Source of the DNA: Kiritimatiellia bacterium
GTDB lineage: Bacteria; Verrucomicrobiota; Kiritimatiellia; RFP12; UBA1067
Reading direction: 5' to 3'
DNA: 64,000 bases
Assembly (NCBI GenBank): GCA_051884915.1
Contig: JBJEWF010000028.1
Span: 5,515-69,514, forward strand
In this document: one piece after another, positions 1 to 8,450 of the stretch
Numbering within the stretch: position 1 is the stretch's first letter
Layout of the letters: each line of letters starts with the position of its first letter
Translations under genes and position numbers: made by a program
The notes under the pieces: generated by a model
Told to the model about the DNA's origin: nothing
The model's database searches: none
Seen by the model: only the letters and a program-made list of their open reading frames with translations

Positions 1-465
1 CGCCCAGGCCGCCAGCTGGTTGTTGCCCATGCGATAAAGGGGCGCCAGACAGGCGGAAACCGCGCGCCCGTAGATCGCATACGGTTCCAGCCAGACGAAA
101 TGGAGGCCCAGGAAGCCGCCGCCCAGGAAGAGCGCCAGAAAGCCGAAGCGCGCGGCCTCCTTCACGGGGGAGGGGGCTGCCGGCCGGAACGGCGCGCGGC
201 ACAGGCGGCGCACGCCGATCAGGATGTCCTGGAAGACGCCCAGCGGGCAGAGGACGGAACAGTAGACCCGGCCGACGGTGAACGTCACTGCCAGAATGGC
301 GACGACCGTCGCCACGGACAGCGCCAGGACGGACGGCCCGAACTGCAGACGGGGCAGCCATCCGAACCAGGCCGCCGCCAGCCCCGTGAAATCGAGAAAG
401 CACGCCGTCAGGGCCAGCAGCGAGAACGCCGCCAGCAGCAGACGCAGAATTCGAAGTTTACGCAC
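1..465 (-). CDS. Polyferredoxin-type 4Fe-4S membrane protein (NapH/YccM-like), N-terminal part; gene runs off the window start
   Basis: Not in the ORF track because it is truncated by the window edge. My minus-strand translation from GTG 463-465 reads VRKLRILRLLLAAFSLLALTACFLDF...GRVYCSVLCPLGVFQD...FLALFLGGGFLGLHFVWLEPYAIYG. It shows TM helices plus the CxxxCP motif of NapH/MauN-type proteins. AGGAGGA lies 6 nt upstream. The start overlaps the upstream stop by 8 nt. Confidence 0.6.
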   Translation of the reverse strand, partial: MRKLRILRLLLAAFSLLALTACFLDFTGLAAAWFGWLPRLQFGPSVLALSVATVVAILAVTFTVGRVYCSVLCPLGVFQDILIGVRRLCRAPFRPAAPSPVKEAARFGFLALFLGGGFLGLHFVWLEPYAIYGRAVSACLAPLYRMGNNQLAAWA

Positions 466-1786
466 GGCCGTTCCTCCTGAGCTTTTCAACAAACGCGTCG
501 ATTTTGCGGATCCAGCCGGAAATCTCGATCGACTGCGGGCAGTGCGGCACGCAACGGCCGCATCCCGTGCAGCGTTCGGCACGGCGCAGCGGCGGAAGCG
601 CCCGTTCGTACGCGACCAGGAACCGGCGCCGGTTGGCGGCGTAGGCGCTATCCCCGGGATCGTCCGGAATCCATCCCTCGGCCTGCGCCGCGTTCCAGAG
701 CGCGAAGATCGCGGGGATGTCGAGCCCGTAGGGACACGGCATGCAGTAGGCACAGGCGGTGCAGGGCACGGAATCATCCGCCAGAAAGGCCTTGGCGGCG
801 CGTTCCAGCGCGGAAAGCTCCGCCGCGTCCAGCGGTTTCAGCGGCGAATAGATCGCGACGTTCTCCTTGAGGTGCTCGATATAGGTCATTCCGCTCAGGA
901 CGGTCAGGACCTTCGGGAACGAACCCGCGAAACGGAACGCCCACCGGGCGGGCGAAGCCGCCGGATCGAGCGGCGTCAACTTGCGCTGGACGGCCAGATT
1001 CGTCCTGGCCAGACGCCCGCCCAGCAGCGGTTCCATCACCACCACGGGAATGCCCTTTTCGGCCAGCAGACCGTAGAGCGTTTCGGCGTTCACGTTGCGC
1101 GCGTTGACTTCCTTCGCGTGCTTCCAGTCGATGTAGTTCATCTGAATCTGGACGAAGTCCCAGTGGACGCGCGCGTGCATCGCCAGCGCGTGGCGGAACA
1201 CCTCCTCGCTGCCGTGGAAGGAAAAGCCCAGGTTGCGAATCCGGCCGGCCGCGCGCTCCGCCAGCAGGAAGTCGAGCATGCCGTTGTCGATGAAGCGCGC
1301 GTTGAACACCTTCATCGCGTTCTTGCCGCCGCCCCCGATCGCATGGAGCAGATAGAAGTCGATCACGTCCGTCCGCAGCAGCCGGCGCGAGGTCTCGTAC
1401 ATTTTTCTGGACGCTTCCGCCGTCTGCGTCTGCGCCGCGAAATTGGAGAGCTTGGTGGCCACCAGCCATTTCCCGCGCGGGTGCTTCGCGAGGGCGTCGC
1501 CCAGCACCTTCTCGGACTCGCCGCGGCAATAGGCCGGCGACGTGTCGAAATAGTTCACGCCGTGTTCGATGCAGTAGTCGATGTGCTTCTGGACGGCCGC
1601 CACGTCGATGGGCGCGGTCGAGCCGCCGCTGAAGGAGTTCGCGTGGCCGCCATCGACCGTCGGATAGCGCATGGCGCCGTAGCCCAGCAAGCCGACCTTT
1701 TCGCCGTGGACGCCCGTCCGGACCGTCATCGCCGCCGAAGCCGGCGGCGGATTCACGAGCGTGGCGAAGAAACTTCGACGATTCAT
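458..1786 (-). CDS. Aldo/keto reductase with C-terminal 2x[4Fe-4S]-type Cys motifs and a Tat-like N-terminus
   Basis: Track ORF 458..2518 trimmed to the ATG at 1786 (MNRRSFFATLVNPPPASAAM...). AKR core: GYGAMRY, YFDTSPAYCRGESEKVLG, DFYLLHA. C-terminal CTACAYCMPCP and CTGCGRCVPHCP. ATGA overlap with the upstream gene at 1783-1786. Confidence 0.85.
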   Translation of the reverse strand: MNRRSFFATLVNPPPASAAMTVRTGVHGEKVGLLGYGAMRYPTVDGGHANSFSGGSTAPIDVAAVQKHIDYCIEHGVNYFDTSPAYCRGESEKVLGDALAKHPRGKWLVATKLSNFAAQTQTAEASRKMYETSRRLLRTDVIDFYLLHAIGGGGKNAMKVFNARFIDNGMLDFLLAERAAGRIRNLGFSFHGSEEVFRHALAMHARVHWDFVQIQMNYIDWKHAKEVNARNVNAETLYGLLAEKGIPVVVMEPLLGGRLARTNLAVQRKLTPLDPAASPARWAFRFAGSFPKVLTVLSGMTYIEHLKENVAIYSPLKPLDAAELSALERAAKAFLADDSVPCTACAYCMPCPYGLDIPAIFALWNAAQAEGWIPDDPGDSAYAANRRRFLVAYERALPPLRRAERCTGCGRCVPHCPQSIEISGWIRKIDAFVEKLRRNGRA

Positions 1787-3363
1787 TTCGCGGTCTCCAC
1801 TTCGGACGCCTCTTCCAGATCGCGTGGCAGATAACCCGGCGCGCAGGCCATCGACACGAAGAACGACGACAAGACGGCGGCGGAACGCATCGGACAGTCG
1901 CCGAAGGCGTGGACCAGCAGCGCCACGTTGCCCATCAGGATCCAGAACGCCCCCGCCGGCAGGCTGTAGAGCGTCCGCGGCTTGGGCGGCGCCTTGTCGG
2001 GCTTCATGAACTGCGCCGCGCGCGACAGTTTGCACCAGTCGCGGCAGAGCGGGAACAGCAGGCAGGCGAAGATGCCGACGAGGCATCCCAGGCCGACGAC
2101 GCCATGCTCGCAGAGGAACTGCATGTAGTCGTTGTGGACGTTCGCGCCGCCGACTTTCTGCAGCTGCTTCAACTCGTCCTTCGTCATGTACGCCATGCAG
2201 AAGTGCCGGTATCCCCAGCCGCCCACGCCGAACAGCGGATGGGCCTTGAAGATCTCCGTCGCCACGCGCGTGTGGTACTGGCCCTTTCCCGACACGCGGT
2301 CCAGCACGTCTAGCGAGGAGATCGTGCCGACCTCCTTCCCCAAATCCTTCGGCGCGAAAACGAACGCGAAAATCAGGAAGACGCCCGCGCCCACCGCCGC
2401 GACGGCAGCCCCCTTGATCCGGCGCGCGCGGTCGTGGCGCGAGAAGACCAGCGACACCTCGTAGTAGAGAAACGCCAGCACGGCCAGCACCGTCACGCAG
2501 ATGATGGCCGCACGGCACAGCGTCGCCAGCACGGCAAAGAAATTCAGGACCGCGGGAACCAGGGCGTAATGGGCGCGGATCCAGCGGATCAGCGTCCCTT
2601 CACGCTGCGACTTCTTGCCTTCGGTCGTCCGGCGCGTCCAGTCGACCACCTCCACCACCCGGTATTGCCAGAGGCCGATCGAGAAGGCGAACATCAGGAC
2701 GAAAAACGCGCCGCCCATGTTCACGTAGCCGAACACGGAGAAGAAGGCGTCGCCGGACTTCGCCGCCTCCCAGAAGACGGACTCCGCGCCGGTTGCCTGC
2801 TGGATGAACCCGAAAACGGCCAGCGCGGCCGAATTCCAGACCATCATCTCCATGAGCATCCGCTTGCCGGCGCGGGACAGGGCATGCCGCACCGCCAGCA
2901 TCGCCGTCAGCGACGGCACGAACCACTGGACGACGCCATAGTGCTCCAGGCGATTCACGCAGAACGGAAAGAACGGCACCGGGGGCCTGGGGTCCGCGCC
3001 GCCGAGGATGGCCGGATAGTCGCACGCCGGGCACAGGCCCGGGTTCACGAACGGAATCAGGATCACCACGAGAAAAGACAGCGTCAGATAGAACAGGGGA
3101 TCGCGCGCCAGCCCCCGCCAGACCCTCCGCCGCGCCGCAAACAGATGCTCGTACTGGCGGCACTGCGGGAAGAACAGCAACGCTTCGAGGAGAAACGCCC
3201 AGAGCCAGGGCATCGTCGCCACGAGCGCCTTCGCCTGGGCGCCTCCGTAGATCCACGAAAAAGCCGCCACCGTCAGGAAAACGAGCAGCACGGGCGCGCA
3301 CCGAATGAGGCCTTCTACCATGTTGTCCCTATCTTTCCGACGGGCCGTGCCGACCCGTGACAT
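1783..3363 (-). CDS. O-antigen ligase / Wzy-like polytopic membrane protein
   Basis: Many TM segments. Motif region GGWGYRHFC...VHNDYMQFLCEHGVVG is typical of the O-antigen ligase family. The start is ambiguous: in-frame ATGs at 3363 (MSRVGTARRK...) and 3321 (MVEGLIRC...). The track start at 3414 lies upstream of the predicted -10 box. Confidence 0.7.
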   Translation of the reverse strand: MSRVGTARRKDRDNMVEGLIRCAPVLLVFLTVAAFSWIYGGAQAKALVATMPWLWAFLLEALLFFPQCRQYEHLFAARRRVWRGLARDPLFYLTLSFLVVILIPFVNPGLCPACDYPAILGGADPRPPVPFFPFCVNRLEHYGVVQWFVPSLTAMLAVRHALSRAGKRMLMEMMVWNSAALAVFGFIQQATGAESVFWEAAKSGDAFFSVFGYVNMGGAFFVLMFAFSIGLWQYRVVEVVDWTRRTTEGKKSQREGTLIRWIRAHYALVPAVLNFFAVLATLCRAAIICVTVLAVLAFLYYEVSLVFSRHDRARRIKGAAVAAVGAGVFLIFAFVFAPKDLGKEVGTISSLDVLDRVSGKGQYHTRVATEIFKAHPLFGVGGWGYRHFCMAYMTKDELKQLQKVGGANVHNDYMQFLCEHGVVGLGCLVGIFACLLFPLCRDWCKLSRAAQFMKPDKAPPKPRTLYSLPAGAFWILMGNVALLVHAFGDCPMRSAAVLSSFFVSMACAPGYLPRDLEEASEVETAK

Positions 3364-3385
3364 TAAACTGCTGTCGCATGGGAGG

Positions 3386-3414
3386 ATTATACCAAAAGAA
3401 CGCCCCGGGGGCAA
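3386..3414 (-). promoter_or_regulatory. Sigma70-like promoter, TTGCCC-N17-TATAAT with TGG extended -10
   Basis: Minus strand reads TTGCCC CCGGGGCGTTCTTTTGG TATAAT. -35 at 3409-3414, -10 at 3386-3391. It lies in the gap after the U32-like gene stop. Confidence 0.4.
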
Positions 3415-3445
3415 ATCCGCCGTCCGCGCGCCGGCGGACGCGCCC

Positions 3446-4465
3446 CTAGACCAGGGACTTGACGATCCGGCGGAACGCCCGTTCGCAGAAGCCGCACCGG
3501 GTGCATTCCCGGGCGCAGCGGGACGTCCGCTCGAACCAGTCGGGCGGAAACGCCGTGTTGTCGAGGAACTGCGGGAAGAACGCGGGCGAGAAGCCCGGCT
3601 CGAAAAGATCCAGCAGATTGCCGTCGAACGAGCCGCGCGCGTAGGCGGAAATCACCATGCCGGGATTCGCGTGCTGGCGCGTGGCCAGCTTGACGACGTC
3701 CACCAGCCCCTCGTAGCGGTGCAGGTCTTCCGGACGAATCCACGTGGCCTTCAGGATCTCGGGGAAATTGACGGGCGACTTGTAGAGCGTCCAGCAGAGA
3801 TGCGGACTCCACCCCTTCACGTTCGTCTGCCGGAGCGCCGCAGACGAATGGGCGACGAGGTTGTCGTGGAACGTCTGCCACGGGCAATTCCGCAAACACC
3901 CCGAATTCGCCAGCAGGCAGAGTTTCTTGCCGCGGCCGTCGCACCAGGCGCGAACCGCCCGCACGGTCTCCAGATGGCGCTGGACGTCGCGGCCCAGGCA
4001 ATAGGAATCGAAGAGCGGCGCCAGATACTCCATCGCCTGGATCGTGGTCAGGCGCATGTTCACCGACGCGCGCACGTCGATGGACGGGAAGGCCCTCTTG
4101 ACCTCCGCCGCGACGAAGGGCGACGCCGTCGTGACGATTTCCGGCAGAAGTCCCGTCTCGTCCAGGCCGCCGAGAATCGCCCGGACGCGCCGCGCGAGCG
4201 CGACGCTCATCGCCTCGGCGCCGTAGCAGTTCGCGTTGAAGAGCAGATCGAGCTTCACGCCCGCGGCGCGCAACCGCCGCAGATCGAAGAGCAGACTGTC
4301 CATCAGCACCTCGGGGTCGTCCTCCTCCTCGTAGCCGAGAACCGGGCGTCCGCTCGGCTCGTCCGGCCACGGGAAGTAGACCTCCCCGACGGCGGGCTGC
4401 GCGAGAACGACGTCCCCGAACGGCGCGCCGTCGGCGAAATGCTGGTAGCCTGCCGCGAACGTCAT
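3446..4465 (-). CDS. Peptidase-U32-like (TIM-barrel, Cys-rich) protein, function unknown
   Basis: 339-aa ORF with ordinary composition. CLLANSGCLRNC resembles the U32 signature around ALCxxxSGxC (C-x6-C), with further Cys downstream. ATG at 4465 lies 1 nt after the upstream stop. Confidence 0.5.
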   Translation of the reverse strand: MTFAAGYQHFADGAPFGDVVLAQPAVGEVYFPWPDEPSGRPVLGYEEEDDPEVLMDSLLFDLRRLRAAGVKLDLLFNANCYGAEAMSVALARRVRAILGGLDETGLLPEIVTTASPFVAAEVKRAFPSIDVRASVNMRLTTIQAMEYLAPLFDSYCLGRDVQRHLETVRAVRAWCDGRGKKLCLLANSGCLRNCPWQTFHDNLVAHSSAALRQTNVKGWSPHLCWTLYKSPVNFPEILKATWIRPEDLHRYEGLVDVVKLATRQHANPGMVISAYARGSFDGNLLDLFEPGFSPAFFPQFLDNTAFPPDWFERTSRCARECTRCGFCERAFRRIVKSLV

Positions 4466-4466
4466 G

Positions 4467-5471
4467 CTAGATCCACGCCTCCTTCTTCTCCATCACGTCC
4501 GGGTCCTCCATCCGGCCCGCGTACTTCGCCGCCGTCTCGGCGTCGATCTCGTACGGTTTGGAGTGGTCGATTTCCCATTGCCGGCGGCCGGGCTGGCGGA
4601 ACGGATTGCGGAACGTGCAGAGCAGCTTCTTGCGCTGTTCGAGATGGACCATGCAGGCGCGCATGCACCCGCAGGCGCCTTCGATGGCGCGGCCGTAGCC
4701 GTATTGGCGCGGATAGTCCCGCTCAAACGGATTGAGTTCGCGCTTCTTGCCGCCGAAAAGGCCCTCTTCGCAGGCCATCTCGTCGAGTTTGCCCCATTCC
4801 TGGACGTGCCCGGCCAGCGTCACCCGGACGCTCTCCGTCATCGACAGCGCCCGGCCGTGGCAGTTTTTCACGCAGAGCTTGCAGCGGTCGCAGATGTGAC
4901 CCTCGAAAATCGGGTCCGGTTCCAGCGGCGCGTCCGTGAACATCACGGCGAAGCGCTGGCGCGGCCCGAACTGCGGGGTCAGAAACACCTTCGACCAGCC
5001 GAACTCGCCGAGACCGGCGAGATAGGCGGCGATGCGGAAATGGACGAACACGTCCGGATACGGCTTGCCCGGCGCGACGGGCCGGCTCCACCCCTTGCGG
5101 AACATGCCCGTCACGGGATTGATCGATTCGCCGCCGTTGCCGTTGAATTGCGGAATGGCCTCGTATCCATGGTCCTCCATCCAGCGCACGAGACGCCACA
5201 GGCACATCGTGCCCTGGACCTGGTTGAGCGACGCATAGCCCATCGACGGGTAGTCGATGAACCGCGTGCCCTCCTCGATTCCGCGCAGCGTGCCGCGCGG
5301 AATGCGGAACGCCAGCACCACCATGGCGCGGGCGCGCGGGAAGATGTAGCGCGGGTCGCACTGCTTCGGCGCGTTCTCCCAGCGGTCCATCGAGGAGATG
5401 CCCACGAGATCGGCGCCCAGTTCCTTCGCCTTGGCCTTGACGTCCGCGGCGGTCAGTTCTTCCAGCATCAT
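4467..5471 (-). CDS. Reductive-dehalogenase/QueG-superfamily-like Fe-S protein, copy 1
   Basis: N-terminus ADVKAKAKELGADLVGIS is typical of QueG/RdhA-like proteins. CDRCKLCVKNC (CxxCxxCxxxC) plus CGCMRAC. GGAGGGGAGGAAA precedes ATGATG at 5471. No signal peptide seen. Confidence 0.7.
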   Translation of the reverse strand: MMLEELTAADVKAKAKELGADLVGISSMDRWENAPKQCDPRYIFPRARAMVVLAFRIPRGTLRGIEEGTRFIDYPSMGYASLNQVQGTMCLWRLVRWMEDHGYEAIPQFNGNGGESINPVTGMFRKGWSRPVAPGKPYPDVFVHFRIAAYLAGLGEFGWSKVFLTPQFGPRQRFAVMFTDAPLEPDPIFEGHICDRCKLCVKNCHGRALSMTESVRVTLAGHVQEWGKLDEMACEEGLFGGKKRELNPFERDYPRQYGYGRAIEGACGCMRACMVHLEQRKKLLCTFRNPFRQPGRRQWEIDHSKPYEIDAETAAKYAGRMEDPDVMEKKEAWI

Positions 5472-5494
5472 GCTCGGTTTCCTCCCCTCCGCGG

Positions 5495-6622
5495 TCAGTC
5501 GATCAGCGGATTGTAGCCCGCCTCCTCCGGCCGGTCCCGCCCGGGGATGGCGCCCTCGGGCGGCTGCACGCCGTAGGCCTCCGTCAGGCCGGCCGCGCGG
5601 GCGCTACCGTAGTTGGACTTCTTGTTGTAGTTCGTGTAGGCGTCGTGGTCTTCGATCTTGCCCGGGAACGCCTCGGCCACCCACGGTTCGAGTTCCGGCT
5701 TCTTCGTGCGGTCGATCGTCCACTGCTTCCAGTCCGGACTGCGGAACGGCTCGCGGAATTCGCGCGCCAGCCTCTTCTTCGCCTCCAGATGGACCATGCA
5801 GGCGCGCACGCAGCCGCAGCTGCCTTCCGTCGCGCGGCCGTAGCCGAACGTGCGCGGATAGTCGCCGTCGAACGGATTGAGCTCTTCGCCGAGTCCGCCG
5901 TAGCGGAAGCTCCGCGCGCAGGCGACCTCGTCGTGCCGGCCCCACGTCTGCACATGGCCCGCCAGCGTGAACGACTCCGCTTCCGTCGGATGGATCGCGC
6001 CGCCATGGCAGTGCTTCACGCACTCCATGCAGCGGTCGCAGATGCGGCCCTCGAAAATCGGGTCCGGCTCAAGTTCGGCGTCCGTGAGCATGATGGCGAA
6101 GCGCTGGCGCGGGCCGAACTCCGGCGTGAGGAACACGCGCGACCAGCCGAATTCGCCGAGACCGGCGAGATAGGCCGCCACGCGGAAATCCGGCGAGACG
6201 TCCGGGTACGGCTTGCCGGGCGCCACCGGCCGGCTCCAGCCCTTGCGGAAGTTGCCCGTGACGGGGTTCACGGCGTCGCCGCCGTTGACGTTCGCCATCG
6301 GCACCGCCTCGTAGCCGTGGTCTTCCATGAACTGCGACATGCCCCAGAGGACCATCGGACCGTAGATCTGGTTGAGCGCCGCATAGCCCATCGACTGGTA
6401 GTTGAGGAAGTGCGTGCCCTCCTCCACGCCGCGCAGCGAACCGCGCGGAATGCGGAACGCGAAGACGATCATCGACTTCGCGCCGGGGAAGATGTAGCGC
6501 GGGTCTTTCTGCCTGTCCACGCCTTCCCAGCGGCTCATGGGCGCAATGCCCACCAGGTCCGCACCGAGTTCTTTCGCCTTGGCCTTGACGTCGGCCGCGG
6601 TCAGATCGCCTAGATATGCCAT
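5495..6622 (-). CDS. Reductive-dehalogenase/QueG-superfamily-like Fe-S protein, copy 2 (tandem paralogue)
   Basis: Track ORF 5495..6940 trimmed to the ATG at 6622 (MAYLGDLTAADVKAKAKELGADLVGIA...). Same Cys motifs as copy 1 (CDRCMECVKHC, CGCVRAC). About 45 extra C-terminal residues. AAAGGAA precedes the start. Confidence 0.7.
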   Translation of the reverse strand: MAYLGDLTAADVKAKAKELGADLVGIAPMSRWEGVDRQKDPRYIFPGAKSMIVFAFRIPRGSLRGVEEGTHFLNYQSMGYAALNQIYGPMVLWGMSQFMEDHGYEAVPMANVNGGDAVNPVTGNFRKGWSRPVAPGKPYPDVSPDFRVAAYLAGLGEFGWSRVFLTPEFGPRQRFAIMLTDAELEPDPIFEGRICDRCMECVKHCHGGAIHPTEAESFTLAGHVQTWGRHDEVACARSFRYGGLGEELNPFDGDYPRTFGYGRATEGSCGCVRACMVHLEAKKRLAREFREPFRSPDWKQWTIDRTKKPELEPWVAEAFPGKIEDHDAYTNYNKKSNYGSARAAGLTEAYGVQPPEGAIPGRDRPEEAGYNPLID

Positions 6623-6687
6623 GCCAGATTCCTTTGTCGTTTGCGAGTGGAGGTTGAAATGGAAATGCGCGCTCCGGAACGGGACGG

Positions 6688-8415
6688 TCAGTACCGTCTG
6701 AGGGCGAACACCAGAAGAACGCCCGAGCCGGCGGCGACGGCCGCCAGGACGAGACTGCGCAATCCGTCGCCGCGGATGCAGCTGCCCACGCTGAACATGA
6801 GCGCGTACACGCCGAGCGAGGCCAGCGCCATCGCGACCAGCCCCCAGCCGACGTCGCGCCCGCGCGCGCGGACCGCCTGGCGGAACGCCCGGACGACGGC
6901 CGCGTCCGTCGGCCGCGTCGCCAGCGTCACGCCCACCCACGCGGCCGTCGTCACGGCCATGCCGATCAGCAGCACGTGCCAGCTCTTCAGCGCCGGCCCG
7001 CCGAACAGCGGATAGACGAGGTTCAGGAACAGCGCCACCAGGAAGCTGACCGCCATCGCCGTGATTTCGCTCCAGGCGTTAATGCGCATCCAGAACCAGC
7101 GCAGGAGGAAGAGGAGGCCGGTTCCGGCGCCCACCTGCAGCACGAGGTTGAACGCCTTTCCCGCGCTCTGCAGACACGGCGCCAGCAGCGAGGAGGCGAG
7201 CATCAGAACGACGACCGAAACGCGGCCGACGCAAATCAGTTCCCGCTCGGAGGCCGCCGGACGCAGGAAGCGCTTCCAGAAATCGTTCGCCACGTAGCTC
7301 GCGCCCATCGTGAGATGGGCCGCGACCGTCGAAAACAGCGCGCCCATCATGGCCGCCACCGTCACGCCGTACCAGCCGTTTCGCGGCACGAAGGTCAACA
7401 TGGCCGGATAGGCCATGTCGCCCTTGACGAGCGCCGGGTCGACCTGGGGGAACGCCTTCTGGAGCGAGGCCAGGTCGGGGAAGACGATCAGCGAGGCGAA
7501 GGCCACCAGATACCAGGGCCAGGGGCGCAGCGCGTAGTTCACCACGTTGTAGAGCACGCTGCCCGCCACGCAATGGTTCTCGCTCCGGGCCGAGAGCATG
7601 CGCTGGACGATGTAGCCGCCGCCGCCCGGCTCGCTGCCGGGATACCACACGTTCCACCACTGGACGGCCACGGGAATCGCGAAGACGCTGATGAAGAGGT
7701 CCGCATTGTCGGGCGACGGGAAGAAGTCGAGCTTCGCCCTGACCGCCGGATGCGCCATCAGCGCCGCGAAGCCGCCCACTTCCGGCAGCGCGAGCGCGTA
7801 GTGAAGCGCCACGAAGGCGCCGACCATCACGATCGCGAAGAGGAAGAAGTCCGTGTAGACGGCGCCGCGCAGGCCGCCGATGGCGGAATAGACGATCGAC
7901 GCCGCCGCCGTGACGAGCAGGATGACCCAGGGTTCGAGCCCCAGCATCGTCTGCCCGATCTTGATGGCGCCCAGGAGCACCAGCCCCGTGGAGATCGTGT
8001 TGAAGACCACCCCGAGGTAGATGGACCGGAACCCGCGCAGAAACGCCGCCGCCCGGCCGCCGTAGCGCAGTTCGTAGAACTCGACGTCCGTCTTCGCGCC
8101 GCTGCGCACCCACAGCCGCGCGTAGACGAAGACGGTCATCAGCCCCGTCAGCAGGAACGCCCACCATTTCCAGTTCGCCGCCAGGCCGTCCTCGCGGATG
8201 AACTGCGTGAACATGTTCGCGCTGTTCGTGGACGTGGTCGCCGCGCTCATCGAAATGCCGATGAGCCACCAGGGCATGGATCGCCCCGACAGGAAGAAGT
8301 CCCTGGCGTCGGCCCCCGCCCGCCGCGAACACCGCAACGCGATGCCCACGACGATCCCGAAGAACGCGATGACGGCCACCCAGTCCAGGCGGCCAAACGT
8401 GGCCGAGAAGTTCAT
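6688..8415 (-). CDS. Sodium:solute symporter (SSS) family transporter
   Basis: About 13 TM segments. FFLSGRSMPWW and GGLRGAVYTDF are typical of the SSS family. The track start at 8421 is a GTG. I prefer the ATG at 8415 (MNFSATF...), which lies 6 nt after a TGCTAGAAT box. Confidence 0.85.
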   Translation of the reverse strand: MNFSATFGRLDWVAVIAFFGIVVGIALRCSRRAGADARDFFLSGRSMPWWLIGISMSAATTSTNSANMFTQFIREDGLAANWKWWAFLLTGLMTVFVYARLWVRSGAKTDVEFYELRYGGRAAAFLRGFRSIYLGVVFNTISTGLVLLGAIKIGQTMLGLEPWVILLVTAAASIVYSAIGGLRGAVYTDFFLFAIVMVGAFVALHYALALPEVGGFAALMAHPAVRAKLDFFPSPDNADLFISVFAIPVAVQWWNVWYPGSEPGGGGYIVQRMLSARSENHCVAGSVLYNVVNYALRPWPWYLVAFASLIVFPDLASLQKAFPQVDPALVKGDMAYPAMLTFVPRNGWYGVTVAAMMGALFSTVAAHLTMGASYVANDFWKRFLRPAASERELICVGRVSVVVLMLASSLLAPCLQSAGKAFNLVLQVGAGTGLLFLLRWFWMRINAWSEITAMAVSFLVALFLNLVYPLFGGPALKSWHVLLIGMAVTTAAWVGVTLATRPTDAAVVRAFRQAVRARGRDVGWGLVAMALASLGVYALMFSVGSCIRGDGLRSLVLAAVAAGSGVLLVFALRRY

Positions 8416-8421
8416 GGGCAC

Positions 8422-8450
8422 ATTCTAGCAAAAGCGGGCCGGCGCGTCAC
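8422..8450 (-). promoter_or_regulatory. Sigma70-like promoter GTGACG-N17-TAGAAT with TGC extended -10; only 6 nt to the ATG
   Basis: Minus strand reads GTGACG CGCCGGCCCGCTTTTGC TAGAAT GTGCCC ATG. The -35 overlaps the stop of the upstream gene. Confidence 0.4.

Noticed and set aside
458-2518. Long N-terminal extensions of minus-strand track ORFs. Examples: 458..2518, 8447..11278, 16159..18615, 18852..21515, 20189..22036, 21631..23964, 27507..29189, 29242..33414, 32616..34619, 44127..46199 and 58292..60577.
   Set aside because: The extensions run through the upstream gene in another frame and are Arg/Gly/Pro-rich. In every case the conserved family N-terminus, signal peptide or SD-preceded start lies at an internal Met or Val. 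The CDS was trimmed accordingly.
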